Source of the DNA: a virus | Lineage: Duplodnaviria; Heunggongvirae; Uroviricota; Caudoviricetes | Direction: 5' to 3' (one strand) | IMG/VR virus record: IMGVR_UViG_3300033067_001661 | Span: 269,624 to 333,623 of that record | Length of the DNA: 64,000 nt | Shown here: positions 20,037 through 28,796 of the stretch, in pieces | Numbering within the stretch: position 1 is the first letter of the stretch | Layout of the letters: each line of letters begins with the position of its first letter | Translations under genes and position numbers: made by a program | The notes under the pieces: model-generated | The model's input: the letters and a program-made list of their open reading frames with translations, nothing else | Databases searched by the model: none | Told to the model about the DNA's origin: nothing

Positions 20037-20719
20037 AACAAGAACTGATTCCAATACTCTCTGTTTTGTTTATGCTTAGCGTCTATCGAAGATAACACTG
20101 AAGAAAGAGATTGTCTAGGAAACAAATCATTATCAGAGCAACTAATGATTGTTCTTTTACCGCTTTCGTGCAAATCCTTAATCCAGGAAAGACCTACATA
20201 ACACTGAGACATTGTTCTTGGATTATGAAACTTGTTGTTGCCGTAAAAATCGCTTTCGCCGTCTCTTGGCCTACAGTCGCAACCAAGTAGAATTATCGGA
20301 TTACAACCCATTAAATAAGCAAGCTGAACGGCCAACGGCGACGTTGACCCGCTCCCTTTTAGAGTTGATACAGTTTCTGGTAAAGCAAAGCCACCAGGAC
20401 TAATCTTAAAATGATAGTAACGATTCTCTGGATCTGCATGAGCAGTACAATACTTGATAGCCTTTACTTCTGATAATCTCTTGCGCTCAGAATACCAAAG
20501 GCTAGCGTCCTGCCACATAAGAATCGTTGAATCAAGTTTATAGAAAGACCTGTTTATACCTATGGTTAGGTAATTAGATAAAGGGGTGATGTCTTCGTCA
20601 TTGAGAGAAGGTCCATTACCCAGTATGAAAACTGGACAATTAGGGAACTTTCCCAACCACTTACGAGCATCACCCCTTTGCTTGATTGACGAATACCTGA
20701 TTCTACGTCGCTGCTGCAT
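20033..20719 (-). CDS. GNGPSL-motif protein, paralog 2 (tandem duplicate of 19383..20036).
   Basis: FILGNGPSL, TILMWQDASLW, LLGCDCRPRDGESDFYGNNKFH, all parallel to paralog 1. Likely start at the internal ATG (MQQRRRIRYS) ~20719 rather than the track start at 20809. Confidence 0.4.
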   Translation of the reverse strand: MQQRRRIRYSSIKQRGDARKWLGKFPNCPVFILGNGPSLNDEDITPLSNYLTIGINRSFYKLDSTILMWQDASLWYSERKRLSEVKAIKYCTAHADPENRYYHFKISPGGFALPETVSTLKGSGSTSPLAVQLAYLMGCNPIILLGCDCRPRDGESDFYGNNKFHNPRTMSQCYVGLSWIKDLHESGKRTIISCSDNDLFPRQSLSSVLSSIDAKHKQNREYWNQFLL

Positions 20720-21329
20720 CTGCTGCCCCAAACGGATTGCCTTCAACCTTGACGAACTGAGTCCAGGATGATGGAACGTTTGACGAGGCAAGCCTTGCAA
20801 AGCGAGCATAAACAGGACTCCACTTTGGCCTCTCAGGCTTCTTCAAAAGCTTGAGACCTGCCTCGTCTGGAGTTCTATCGGCCTTTTTCGCATTGACTTC
20901 CAGGCAGCACATAACCAGGTTTTCCCAAGTGCTTGCGCCGCCTCTTGATCTTGGAATAACGTGGTCAATAGTACCAGTATCCATTGAAATACTTCTACCC
21001 GTGTATTGACAGGTATAGTTATCTCTAATCAAGAGATTTCTACGAGTTAGCTTGACCTCTCTTTGAGGAAGCCTCTCGTACTCTGAAAGAACAATGATTT
21101 CCGGGACTCGAACCTCAGTTCTAGAAGTCCTGATAACCCTTTCTCCCTCTCGAACTGGCAAAGTCATCCAGTCCTCAAAGTTGTACAAGATATAGGTTTC
21201 AGGATCAAGAATATGAGCGAGACCAAGCATCGTCTTGGCAATTGCCTTCTTCGTAGTGCAAATCGAAACAGGACTCCAACTCTTGTTCAAAACGAGAGTC
21301 GGCATTGTGATTGAAGATTGAGTTGCCAT
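20703..21329 (-). CDS. HNH endonuclease.
   Basis: HNH core IDHVIPRSRGGASTWENLVMCC (His-Asn-His with Cys ligands). Confidence 0.7.
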   Translation of the reverse strand: MATQSSITMPTLVLNKSWSPVSICTTKKAIAKTMLGLAHILDPETYILYNFEDWMTLPVREGERVIRTSRTEVRVPEIIVLSEYERLPQREVKLTRRNLLIRDNYTCQYTGRSISMDTGTIDHVIPRSRGGASTWENLVMCCLEVNAKKADRTPDEAGLKLLKKPERPKWSPVYARFARLASSNVPSSWTQFVKVEGNPFGAADAAAT

Positions 21330-21333
21330 ATTA

Positions 21334-21888
21334 CTACGTCTCAGTCGGAACGCTCAGGTTCTTTTTGAATGCATCTATGAACTCTTGGTTCATGTCTACA
21401 ACTTCGATTTTGATTCTTCCGTTATAGGCCTCAGCAACATGCGCCATTTCTCTAGCAACATCGAACTTGCTAAGGCCTCCGATACCACATCCTAGGCCTC
21501 CAAAAGCTATCGAGCTTTCACCATTTGCGATTGCTGTTTCAAAAACTTTCGTCAAGAGAGAGGGTATCGTGCCTAAAGAAGTTTGTCCACCAGGATACTT
21601 CATTGTGACCGCATGGTAGATTCTTTTCACTCCCCTGCGCTTCAAAAGCCCTGCGTCAGAGATGTAAACGTCCCCAACATCGAACGGACCTTCTTTTTCG
21701 ACGACCTCAGCCACAATTGTTCGGATATTGACACCATTTGGTTCGGTACTTGTACCTGCCGAACGAGCGATAGCGCCTGCTACGCCCGCTCCCATGACTC
21801 CAATACCGTTTGCGGCGTTCACGATAACGTCAACGCCTTCAACCTTCGTGATATCGCCAACGTAGACCTTCATGGCTAACCCTTTCAA
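21334..21888 (-). CDS. Macro domain protein (ADP-ribose binding/hydrolase).
   Basis: GDITKVEGVDVIVNAANGIGVMGAGVAGAIARSAG matches the macro domain signature (GDIT...AIVNAAN..L..GGGV..AI). Confidence 0.8.
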   Translation of the reverse strand: MKGLAMKVYVGDITKVEGVDVIVNAANGIGVMGAGVAGAIARSAGTSTEPNGVNIRTIVAEVVEKEGPFDVGDVYISDAGLLKRRGVKRIYHAVTMKYPGGQTSLGTIPSLLTKVFETAIANGESSIAFGGLGCGIGGLSKFDVAREMAHVAEAYNGRIKIEVVDMNQEFIDAFKKNLSVPTET

Positions 21889-22703
21889 GACTGAAGTATA
21901 GCCTCCAATCCCTTCATGTAGTTGGGATTGAGTTTCACTTTTTTCTGCAACCGCTCAAGAATCTTGGAGTGCATTTGACTGATTCTGGATTCGCTGTAAC
22001 CAGTCTCTTTTGCAATCTCTTTCATGGTCATATTATCGTAGTAATGCATGTGAACAATCTTCCTCTCAAGAGGAATGAAGTTCTTGCCCATGAGTTTCTT
22101 GAACATTTCTTCACGAAGAACATTGCCATCAGGTCTCTCTTCGTCAGTTGTAATACTCTCTATCTGAATCTCTTCTCCTGAATCCGAATTTTCGGATTTA
22201 CCTGCATTCATGCTGATGCAACTAACCGGAGTAGCCTTTGAACTAATCTCCATGTATTCATCCAGTGACATGCCCATATGGTCAGCAATCTCTTCATGAG
22301 TTGGCATTCTACCAAGCTCTGATTCAAGAGTCTGCTTTACCTTCTGAATCTTAGAGTATCGCTGTCTAACCAGACGAGGAACCCAATCAACTTGACGAAT
22401 ATTGTCAAGGATTGAACCTTTTATACGATGTATTGCGAAGGTTTCAAACTTATTCTTGAGAGACGGATCAAATCTCTCAACAGCATGAAACAACCCGTCC
22501 GTACCCCAGGCAACAAGGTCGTCGATATCGACCTCTCTTATCTTCTTGTGCATTCTTTCTGCCACTTTGCTTACAAGTGGGTAGTAAATCTCAAGTAAAG
22601 AGTTTCTTGCTTTGATGTACTGCGGGTCTTGCTTATCCAACGTCTCTCGTATTACAACAAACTCTTCCCACTTGTTTCTGATTGATTCTTCACTAATCAT
22701 CAA
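21885..22703 (-). CDS. RNA polymerase sigma factor, FliA (sigma-28)/WhiG family homolog.
   Basis: Collinear similarity to E. coli FliA across regions 2-4: YYPLVSKVAERM; DDLVAWGTDGLFHAVERFD; FETFAIHRIKGSILDNIRQVDWVPRLVRQR; LESELGRMPTHEEIADHMGMSLDEY; IPLERKIVHMHYYDNMTMKEIAKETGYSESRISQMHSKILERL. GAAGGAG SD 7 nt upstream. Confidence 0.8.
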   Translation of the reverse strand: MMISEESIRNKWEEFVVIRETLDKQDPQYIKARNSLLEIYYPLVSKVAERMHKKIREVDIDDLVAWGTDGLFHAVERFDPSLKNKFETFAIHRIKGSILDNIRQVDWVPRLVRQRYSKIQKVKQTLESELGRMPTHEEIADHMGMSLDEYMEISSKATPVSCISMNAGKSENSDSGEEIQIESITTDEERPDGNVLREEMFKKLMGKNFIPLERKIVHMHYYDNMTMKEIAKETGYSESRISQMHSKILERLQKKVKLNPNYMKGLEAILQS

Positions 22704-22798
22704 CTAGCTCCTTCTCTGCTGTCAGCTACAACCAAGTATACAACGCTACAAAAGCACTATCTTTGTATTCAGAACCAGAGCCTCATATTTAGGCTGAT

Positions 22799-23863
22799 TT
22801 ATCCTAAGATTGTCTTTGAAGTGCTTGCGGTAAATGTTGGAACACTCGCTACTGAATAAGGATCTTGAAATGCAACCTTTGTTTCTGGTTGTATTAAGTC
22901 TCCTGCGGTTGGCCTCCAAAACTTAGGAAGCTCAGGCGCAAGGCCGTAACCTCTCTTATCCTTATTTAGCTTTCTTACATTTCTAACAAGCTTCATTGTA
23001 GTTTCAGATTGAACATTATGAGCAACGCCTGGTTCAACCGCATTTCCAAAGATTTTCTCTCTTGCGGGAAGAGGTAGATATGTCTTAGCGATTTCACCTG
23101 TATGAACAAGCTCGTCAACAGCCTTGTCTCTATTCTTGATTTGCCATGCAACATAGGCAATGGCACCAATAAATCCAGCACCAAGAACAGCGAGAGCAAC
23201 CCAAGCTATTTGAGTAAGATACAAGCTAACCGCTACAGAAACGCCTAGTGTCGCTACACAGCCCGCAGCAATCATAAATGCCACAGGCGTCTTAAAGAAG
23301 AAACCAATAACAACAGAAGCGCCGATTCCAACAACGCAAGCTACCGTTATCCATGCTAGAAGCGTATTAAGCATCTTCTTTTGAGAACTTTCCAAGTCTT
23401 TGATCTTGTTTTGTAACTTTGCCTTTTCCGTTTCTGCTGCCTTTGCAAAATCGGTATATTTATTGATCGCTACTTGTTGTTCTGCAAGTTTACTTTCTGT
23501 ATCCTTCAACTTTTGCTCTACCGCTGAAAGCGTTGCCGAATCTTGACGAAGACCTTTAGTTTCTTCTCTAATTCCAGAGATTTCTGGCTTTACAGCCTCT
23601 TTGACTTCAGGCGGAGTTTTACTTTCGATAGAACTCGTATGAGTATCTATCTTGTCGGCATGGTCTGAAACACTCTTTGATGTTTCACCAACCGTTTTAG
23701 CTGCTTCGCCAACGTGTTCTTTTTCTCTATCAACTGTTGGCACTGCGGGAGAAGCATTCGGCGTAGTTCCTTTAGAAGAGCAAGACGATAAAACAAAAGT
23801 CCATCCCAATAATCCCAAAAGAAGAACTAAAGCAGTCATGCTAAACGCAAATTGGTTTTTCAT
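22799..23863 (-). CDS. Lipoprotein (signal peptide + lipobox LSSC) with a long coiled-coil region and 2-3 transmembrane helices.
   Basis: N-terminus MKNQFAFSMTALVLLLGLLGWTFVLSSC. Heptad-rich K/E segment. Hydrophobic stretches LLAWITVACVVGIGASVVIGFFF and MIAAGCVATLGVSVAVSLYL. Confidence 0.5.
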   Translation of the reverse strand: MKNQFAFSMTALVLLLGLLGWTFVLSSCSSKGTTPNASPAVPTVDREKEHVGEAAKTVGETSKSVSDHADKIDTHTSSIESKTPPEVKEAVKPEISGIREETKGLRQDSATLSAVEQKLKDTESKLAEQQVAINKYTDFAKAAETEKAKLQNKIKDLESSQKKMLNTLLAWITVACVVGIGASVVIGFFFKTPVAFMIAAGCVATLGVSVAVSLYLTQIAWVALAVLGAGFIGAIAYVAWQIKNRDKAVDELVHTGEIAKTYLPLPAREKIFGNAVEPGVAHNVQSETTMKLVRNVRKLNKDKRGYGLAPELPKFWRPTAGDLIQPETKVAFQDPYSVASVPTFTASTSKTILG

Positions 23864-24066
23864 ATTTTTCCTCCAAATGTCTTGTTCAAAAGTTCGGTAG
23901 CTTCTTCGTTTGTAAAGTCTCTATAGGAATAAATAACGTAGTAGTGTCCATTTACATACAAAAGTTTGGCGCAAAATCCTACCTCGCAAAGCTTGTTTTT
24001 ATTGAACAAGGCCTCTTCGCTAGTCCATTCACAGCCAATACCAGATATCTTAATTGGTTGAGTCAT
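23860..24066 (-). CDS. Small hypothetical protein (68 aa) in an overlapping small-gene operon.
   Basis: ORF with 4-nt overlap to neighbours on the same strand. No recognisable motifs. Confidence 0.3.
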   Translation of the reverse strand: MTQPIKISGIGCEWTSEEALFNKNKLCEVGFCAKLLYVNGHYYVIYSYRDFTNEEATELLNKTFGGKI

Positions 24067-24385
24067 TGGGTTTGGATTTGTCTAGAGCATTCAAAAACTC
24101 TATGGCTGACCAAGTAAAGCCCAAGGCGATAACGCCTGTAAAAGGCCATAAAAACAAGTCAGTAATCCAAAACTTTAACACAAGCTCGCCAACAAGGGTT
24201 GTCCAAAAAGAGCAACAAACCGTACATTCTAGAAGCTCAGGCAGTTTCCTGTAAATCTTGCCAAATAAAAACTTCAAAGGTTTAGTCAATATAGTAACAG
24301 GCCAATCCTCTCCTTTTTCAACAAGGAGGATAGCTAAGGCATAACCAAACAAAACAGACAAGATACAATGTGTTATGAGTTCCAA
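24050..24385 (-). CDS. Small membrane protein with three predicted TM helices (holin candidate).
   Basis: 111 aa. Hydrophobic segments ITHCILSVLFGYALAILLV, CTVCCSFWTTLVGELVLKFW, LWPFTGVIALGFTWSAIEFL. Located ~0.5 kb from the endolysin gene. Confidence 0.35.
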   Translation of the reverse strand: MELITHCILSVLFGYALAILLVEKGEDWPVTILTKPLKFLFGKIYRKLPELLECTVCCSFWTTLVGELVLKFWITDLFLWPFTGVIALGFTWSAIEFLNALDKSKPNDSTN

Positions 24386-24612
24386 CTGTTTATCTCCGGG
24401 AAATCAAATATGTATCCATAACGATTGATGTAAGAAAATATCTCGTCAAACCCTACAAATTCCCTAAATAATCGAGTCGTCTTGATAGAGAAAACAAACC
24501 TATCATCTGTATAAACGAACGTATGCCCTATCTTTCTACTAAGCAGCAAGTAGCTTATTTTATAGCCACTTCTTGAACAATCGCCATAGAAGAAAGACTC
24601 ATACTCTCTCAT
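24373..24612 (-). CDS. Small hypothetical protein (79 aa).
   Basis: ORF overlapping neighbours by 13 and 4 nt in an operon arrangement. Confidence 0.3.
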   Translation of the reverse strand: MREYESFFYGDCSRSGYKISYLLLSRKIGHTFVYTDDRFVFSIKTTRLFREFVGFDEIFSYINRYGYIFDFPEINSWNS

Positions 24613-24947
24613 GCCTTCTTTTTGCTATTTCCGAACTTATCAGACCTCTGTAGCGCTGTCTGAATTATTTCCCACTTACTCTTCCCAATCTCGCTCTTGC
24701 TAAGGGATAAAGACGTTTTAGCCTTTGAAGTGAGACTCATAGCCATAACCGTCACATATAGCCATTTGTTTTCTGGCGCAGAAATGCTATACTTTTCAAA
24801 GAAACCCCAATCAGAAAGCTCTGCATACAAAACAAGAGCTTCACCAGTAACAGCCTTGTCTGGTCTAGAAAAAGCCTCCTTAATTTGCTCGTAAGCCTCT
24901 ACCGCCTTTTCAACCGTTTGTATTTTGAAGCTCATTACCTTTTCCAT
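24609..24947 (-). CDS. Small hypothetical protein (112 aa).
   Basis: ORF. Start overlaps the divergent endolysin 5' region. Confidence 0.3.
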   Translation of the reverse strand: MEKVMSFKIQTVEKAVEAYEQIKEAFSRPDKAVTGEALVLYAELSDWGFFEKYSISAPENKWLYVTVMAMSLTSKAKTSLSLSKSEIGKSKWEIIQTALQRSDKFGNSKKKA

Positions 24948-25854
24948 ATTGAAATCTCCATGTCAATCTAAAGTATATCGTCAATCAAGGGAAAGTAATA
25001 AAGCCGAAGTATATAGAAGTATGCAACAAGAAAATGGATGGTACATCAGAGCAAAAAGTCTAACTCTCCACAAAGAGGCAGACGTAAACTGGAAAGACGT
25101 TCGCAAAGGGCTTGGTATAGGAGGAACCTTAGGCGTATTACCTCTTAGCTTTAGTCTTATGGGACAACCTTCGGTTCCAGAAAATAAACAACAAGCTCCA
25201 ACAAGAGAAGTTCAACCTCAGCAACAACCGCCTAAAGCAACCCCAGTTGAGCAATCTAAATTAGAACAAACTCCACAACTCCAAAAGGCTACTCCTCAGC
25301 AATTGCCTCAAGGTATGGTTTCAGAAGACGAGCTTGAATCTTTTATCGCCCCGTTTGAAGGCGGCTTTATAGCTAAGGCATATAAAGATAGTAAAGGAAT
25401 ATGGACTGTTGGTTGCGGTTTTAACCTGGAAAGAAAAGACGCAAACACTCTTCTTAAAAGTATTGGCGCAACTAAAAATGGGCTAATCTCTGGCAAAGAA
25501 ACCCTTAGTCAAGATCAAATGTCTAAGCTATTTAGAGTTAATCTAAAAACGGCTATCGCTGACGCCCAAAAATGGATTCCAAACCTAAGTAGTCAACCCA
25601 AAGAAATTCAACTCATTTGCGTTGATATGTCCTTCAATATGGGAGGACCAACTCTGTCTAAGTTTGTTAATACCGGCAAAGCTATAGCCAACAAAGAATA
25701 CTCAAAGGCTGCTGGTCTCATGGAAAAGAGCGCCTGGTATGGGCAAGTTGGAAATAGATCAAAGCATCATGTTAGAGTTATGAAAGAGCTTGGGAAGAAT
25801 CAAGCTCAAACACCAGCTTCGCAATCTTCGCAGCCGCAGAAGCGTCAGCCATAG
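24925..25854 (+). CDS. Endolysin, GH24 (T4-lysozyme-like) muramidase, with an N-terminal hydrophobic segment (possible signal-anchor-release domain) and a Pro/Gln-rich linker.
   Basis: Catalytic-region pattern FEGGFIAKAYKDSKGIWTVGCGFN (E ... D ... T as in T4 lysozyme [21 protein letters not shown]). Hydrophobic GLGIGGTLGVLPLSFSLMG. True start may be the downstream ATG (MQQENGW, ~25021), because the 5' end overlaps a minus-strand gene. Confidence 0.65.
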   Translation: MKLITFSILKSPCQSKVYRQSRESNKAEVYRSMQQENGWYIRAKSLTLHKEADVNWKDVRKGLGIGGTLGVLPLSFSLMGQPSVPENKQQAPTREVQPQQQPPKATPVEQSKLEQTPQLQKATPQQLPQGMVSEDELESFIAPFEGGFIAKAYKDSKGIWTVGCGFNLERKDANTLLKSIGATKNGLISGKETLSQDQMSKLFRVNLKTAIADAQKWIPNLSSQPKEIQLICVDMSFNMGGPTLSKFVNTGKAIANKEYSKAAGLMEKSAWYGQVGNRSKHHVRVMKELGKNQAQTPASQSSQPQKRQP

Positions 25855-26341
25855 CTCTATGAAGGCCCAAGCCATCGCCAAGGCCTTCTCTAATTAGAAC
25901 ATCCTTAACGTTGCACTTCTCGCGAGAAGACAAGTTTCTTCTTTGCATATAGATTGTTTTGAGATCTCGATGCTCCCCAAATGGGAAAGAGATTTTACTT
26001 CTCTCGCAATCGCCAATCAAACAACCCAAATCCCAACTACCCCATGTATACCATATACGATTGGTTGGATCGTAGTTACTCTCTTTGCACCATTTGTAAA
26101 ATCGGTCAAATACCTGCTCAAGATGCTCAGCGGAATCAACGTCTGATTGTTTTATGGAAGTAAGTCTTTTACAGAAACCAGATAGCCTAGTATTAAACTT
26201 TGGTTTAACAAGACTCTCCCATGAACCAATCTTTTCATAACTATCATTGCAGACAATGATTCCAATGTCTATAATTTCATTAAGATCAGGTGTTCTTGGG
26301 CTTTCCCAACAAGTTGCTTCTAGGTCTACAATGAAATACAT
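25778..26341 (-). CDS. DEDDh 3'-5' exonuclease (ERI-1/KapD/DnaQ-like).
   Basis: Exo I motif YFIVDLEATCWE at the N-terminus. Downstream Asp and His-containing motifs (HRAMADASAAAKI = exo III YxxxD region). Confidence 0.65.
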   Translation of the reverse strand: MYFIVDLEATCWESPRTPDLNEIIDIGIIVCNDSYEKIGSWESLVKPKFNTRLSGFCKRLTSIKQSDVDSAEHLEQVFDRFYKWCKESNYDPTNRIWYTWGSWDLGCLIGDCERSKISFPFGEHRDLKTIYMQRRNLSSREKCNVKDVLIREGLGDGLGLHRAMADASAAAKIAKLVFELDSSQALS

Positions 26342-26344
26342 GAC

Positions 26345-27283
26345 TTACATCATCTTCGACAGATTATCCATAAATTCTTTTCTTCTGCGAGGACTCCATC
26401 CTTTTGCATCGAAAGCGGCGTTGAGCTTGTCGTTTAGATTCTCTACATTCATTAGAGACTTGTAAATATCAACCTCGTCATGAGAAATATGCACAGACTT
26501 CATTCTATGAATTTCAAAAGCTTCTGTAGCAATAGGAGCGAGTTCTTTGCAAATATTGTACATAGCCTCAGCGTACACTCTGATCTCATACTGAGCATGA
26601 GGATCGTATCTTAATCCTATAAAGTGATACAAGTTATGAAGATCAATCTTCCAATACCACTCAGTGTAATACGCAACTGGCAAGAACATTCTTGCAGTCT
26701 CTCTTGAAACGCCTTGAGATAAAAACTCTTGATAATCGCCATATGTTTCAGAAGCGACAGTCTGCAACCTACCAATAAAGGCGTCTTTCGTTTCTTGAGA
26801 CAAGCTTCCGTCAGAGACTTGTTTATTCATTTTGCTCTGCCCCATTATCCTTTCAGGATCTGGAACATAGCAAAGGTCAGGAACTTCCGAGTAACGAGCC
26901 GAATACTCGTTGACGTTAGCTGTTCGATGGCGAATCCACTGTCGAGCAACAAACATAGGCATTCTGGCATGAAACTTGAACTCAACCATTTCAAACGGAG
27001 TCGTATGACGATGCCTCATGAGATAGTTAATGAGGCCCTTATCCTCATTAACAGCCTTTGTACCTCTTCCATAGGAAACTCTTGCAGCCTGAACAATGGC
27101 TGCGTCAGCAGGAATGCTGTACGGGTCTGTTGGGCTAGGCATCGAATCAACAAGGCGAATGAAACCAGCGTCTAGAACCTTGTGAACCTCAAAAGCCTTA
27201 TGGGGTTTCTCTTGCTCAGGATAAACAACACTTTCATTATGCATATGAACCTCTTCGTTTACTCTGTCATTCGGCATTTCCAT
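26345..27283 (-). CDS. thyX: Flavin-dependent thymidylate synthase ThyX.
   Basis: ThyX signature RHRTANVNEYSARY (RHR-x7-S). ORF track extends to 27418 with a Cys/Leu-rich 45-aa extension that overlaps the plus-strand gene at 27391. The internal ATG (MEMPNDRV) ~27283 is the more likely start. Confidence 0.85.
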   Translation of the reverse strand: MEMPNDRVNEEVHMHNESVVYPEQEKPHKAFEVHKVLDAGFIRLVDSMPSPTDPYSIPADAAIVQAARVSYGRGTKAVNEDKGLINYLMRHRHTTPFEMVEFKFHARMPMFVARQWIRHRTANVNEYSARYSEVPDLCYVPDPERIMGQSKMNKQVSDGSLSQETKDAFIGRLQTVASETYGDYQEFLSQGVSRETARMFLPVAYYTEWYWKIDLHNLYHFIGLRYDPHAQYEIRVYAEAMYNICKELAPIATEAFEIHRMKSVHISHDEVDIYKSLMNVENLNDKLNAAFDAKGWSPRRRKEFMDNLSKMM

Positions 27284-27390
27284 CGCACAACAAAGGAGAT
27301 ACACCCAACAAAGACAATAGCGTAAAGAGGAAAAAGAAGTGGAATACCGAAAATGATGTGTAAGGAGAACACTACATTGAAGGTCTATAT

Positions 27391-28002
27391 ATGAAATGGT
27401 ATGAAAAAGCAATCCCAAGAATACGAGACATTCAGCCTTATCTAAAAGAGGCTTCGAAGAATATTTCTAATTTCAAGCAAGTTAAGAACATATATGCTTG
27501 GGGTTCTCTCGCTGAAAACTTCAACAAGAAAGACCATAGAATCAAAGACGTAGACATACTTATTGAATGCAACTTTGATTCTGGCGATTTACTAGCTATT
27601 GACAACAGCTTCAATGGCGCTCTAAAAATGTCTTCTGAAGAGCTAGAAGACTTAGGATTCAATCCGGCAGCCGTTCTCTTTACGAAGTCAATACTAAGCC
27701 ATAAAATGCCTTCTATTGATTTCTGGGCAGTCTCAAAGGACAAGAAACTACTGCACTGGGGACCAATAACCGAGACAGTTGAAGAGTGGAAGCAGGTTAG
27801 AAAAGAAGCCGAAAACAAAGCCGAGATTCTAACAGGTTTCAAAAACAAAGAGGTTCTTAGCGCTTCAGAAAATGACCGAAAGAAATGGCATGAAGCATAT
27901 GAAAAGTATCTTCAGGATTTCTCAAGCGGTTGTCCTCAAGGATGGTACTCTTCTCAAAACAATGTAGATAAGATATTCGAAAAAGCCGTTAAGCTTTTAT
28001 GA
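27391..28002 (+). CDS. Minimal nucleotidyltransferase-fold (pol-beta superfamily) protein.
   Basis: GS-x(n)-DxD motif: AWGSLAENFNKKDHRIKDVDILIE. N-terminus MKWYEKA shares the recurrent MxWY motif. Confidence 0.5.
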   Translation: MKWYEKAIPRIRDIQPYLKEASKNISNFKQVKNIYAWGSLAENFNKKDHRIKDVDILIECNFDSGDLLAIDNSFNGALKMSSEELEDLGFNPAAVLFTKSILSHKMPSIDFWAVSKDKKLLHWGPITETVEEWKQVRKEAENKAEILTGFKNKEVLSASENDRKKWHEAYEKYLQDFSSGCPQGWYSSQNNVDKIFEKAVKLL

Positions 28003-28409
28003 GCGATATCTTCTTGAAAAATCCAGTTTGCGCTATCTGCGGTTCAAAAAGCGTATCTAAAACAAATAAACACATCTTTTATCTCATAGACTGCAAAGAC
28101 TGCGAGCATGCTTATACTTTGATAGAAGAGAAAAGCCTAAAGAAGTTTACCAAAGAAAACTCTCTTGAGTATAGCTTCTGTCCATATTCAGATATTATGA
28201 AAAAGCTTCGCAATGAACGATTTGAAGTTCAACTTCGTTACGGAGATTACAACAGTCATCTCTGCCACTATTTTTCAGAGAAAAGCTTGAGAAAGTTCTT
28301 GTCAAACCTTGGCGTTGATTTTGACCTTCAAATAGAAGACAAAATAGCTACATTTACCATTCTTCTTCCTCGTCGCCGTCAGCAAGAAGCTCGTCAATGT
28401 CTTCCTTGA
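27999..28409 (+). CDS. Zinc-ribbon protein (CxxC...CxxC), translationally coupled to the upstream NTase-fold gene.
   Basis: CAICGSK ... CKDCEH. ATGA start/stop overlap with 27391..28002. Confidence 0.4.
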   Translation: MSDIFLKNPVCAICGSKSVSKTNKHIFYLIDCKDCEHAYTLIEEKSLKKFTKENSLEYSFCPYSDIMKKLRNERFEVQLRYGDYNSHLCHYFSEKSLRKFLSNLGVDFDLQIEDKIATFTILLPRRRQQEARQCLP

Positions 28410-28782
28410 GAACATACATTTGTCGCCAGTCTATATCTATGAAATCGGGATACTCGTCATAGATATAAGACAAAACTTCGTCGTTGATATAGATTGCTAT
28501 ATCTTCACAAGTCATATAAGGAGACGGTTCTTTGATTGGAACTCTAACTCTTCTTTCGCAAAAATACCCAATCAGAATGTTGGATACAGCGCTACTACGT
28601 CGTTTGCCGACAATTTCTAAAGGCTCCTGCTCCACAAAGTAGTCTCTTATCGAGATCAAACTCGTAATGAACGTCTTTTGCCACTCCTCTCGGGTCTTGC
28701 TCATAAAATCTCCTTTACAGGTATATCGAGCAGAGGAAGTGTTTTTCTTTGCAGCGTAAATAGAAAAGACGATAATATACAA
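28354..28782 (-). CDS. Hypothetical protein with an acidic C-terminus (DGDEEEEW).
   Basis: 142-aa ORF. Convergent 56-nt overlap with 27999..28409. Confidence 0.3.
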   Translation of the reverse strand: MYIIVFSIYAAKKNTSSARYTCKGDFMSKTREEWQKTFITSLISIRDYFVEQEPLEIVGKRRSSAVSNILIGYFCERRVRVPIKEPSPYMTCEDIAIYINDEVLSYIYDEYPDFIDIDWRQMYVLKEDIDELLADGDEEEEW

Positions 28783-28796
28783 AAGGAAGGCAAATA

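Noticed and set aside
25778-25854. 77-nt convergent overlap between the endolysin 3' end and the exonuclease 3' end, considered as evidence of mis-annotation.
   Set aside because: Both stops are unambiguous and both proteins have intact conserved motifs well away from the overlap. Convergent 3' overlaps occur in dense phage genomes. The endolysin C-terminus is a low-complexity Q/S/P tail.
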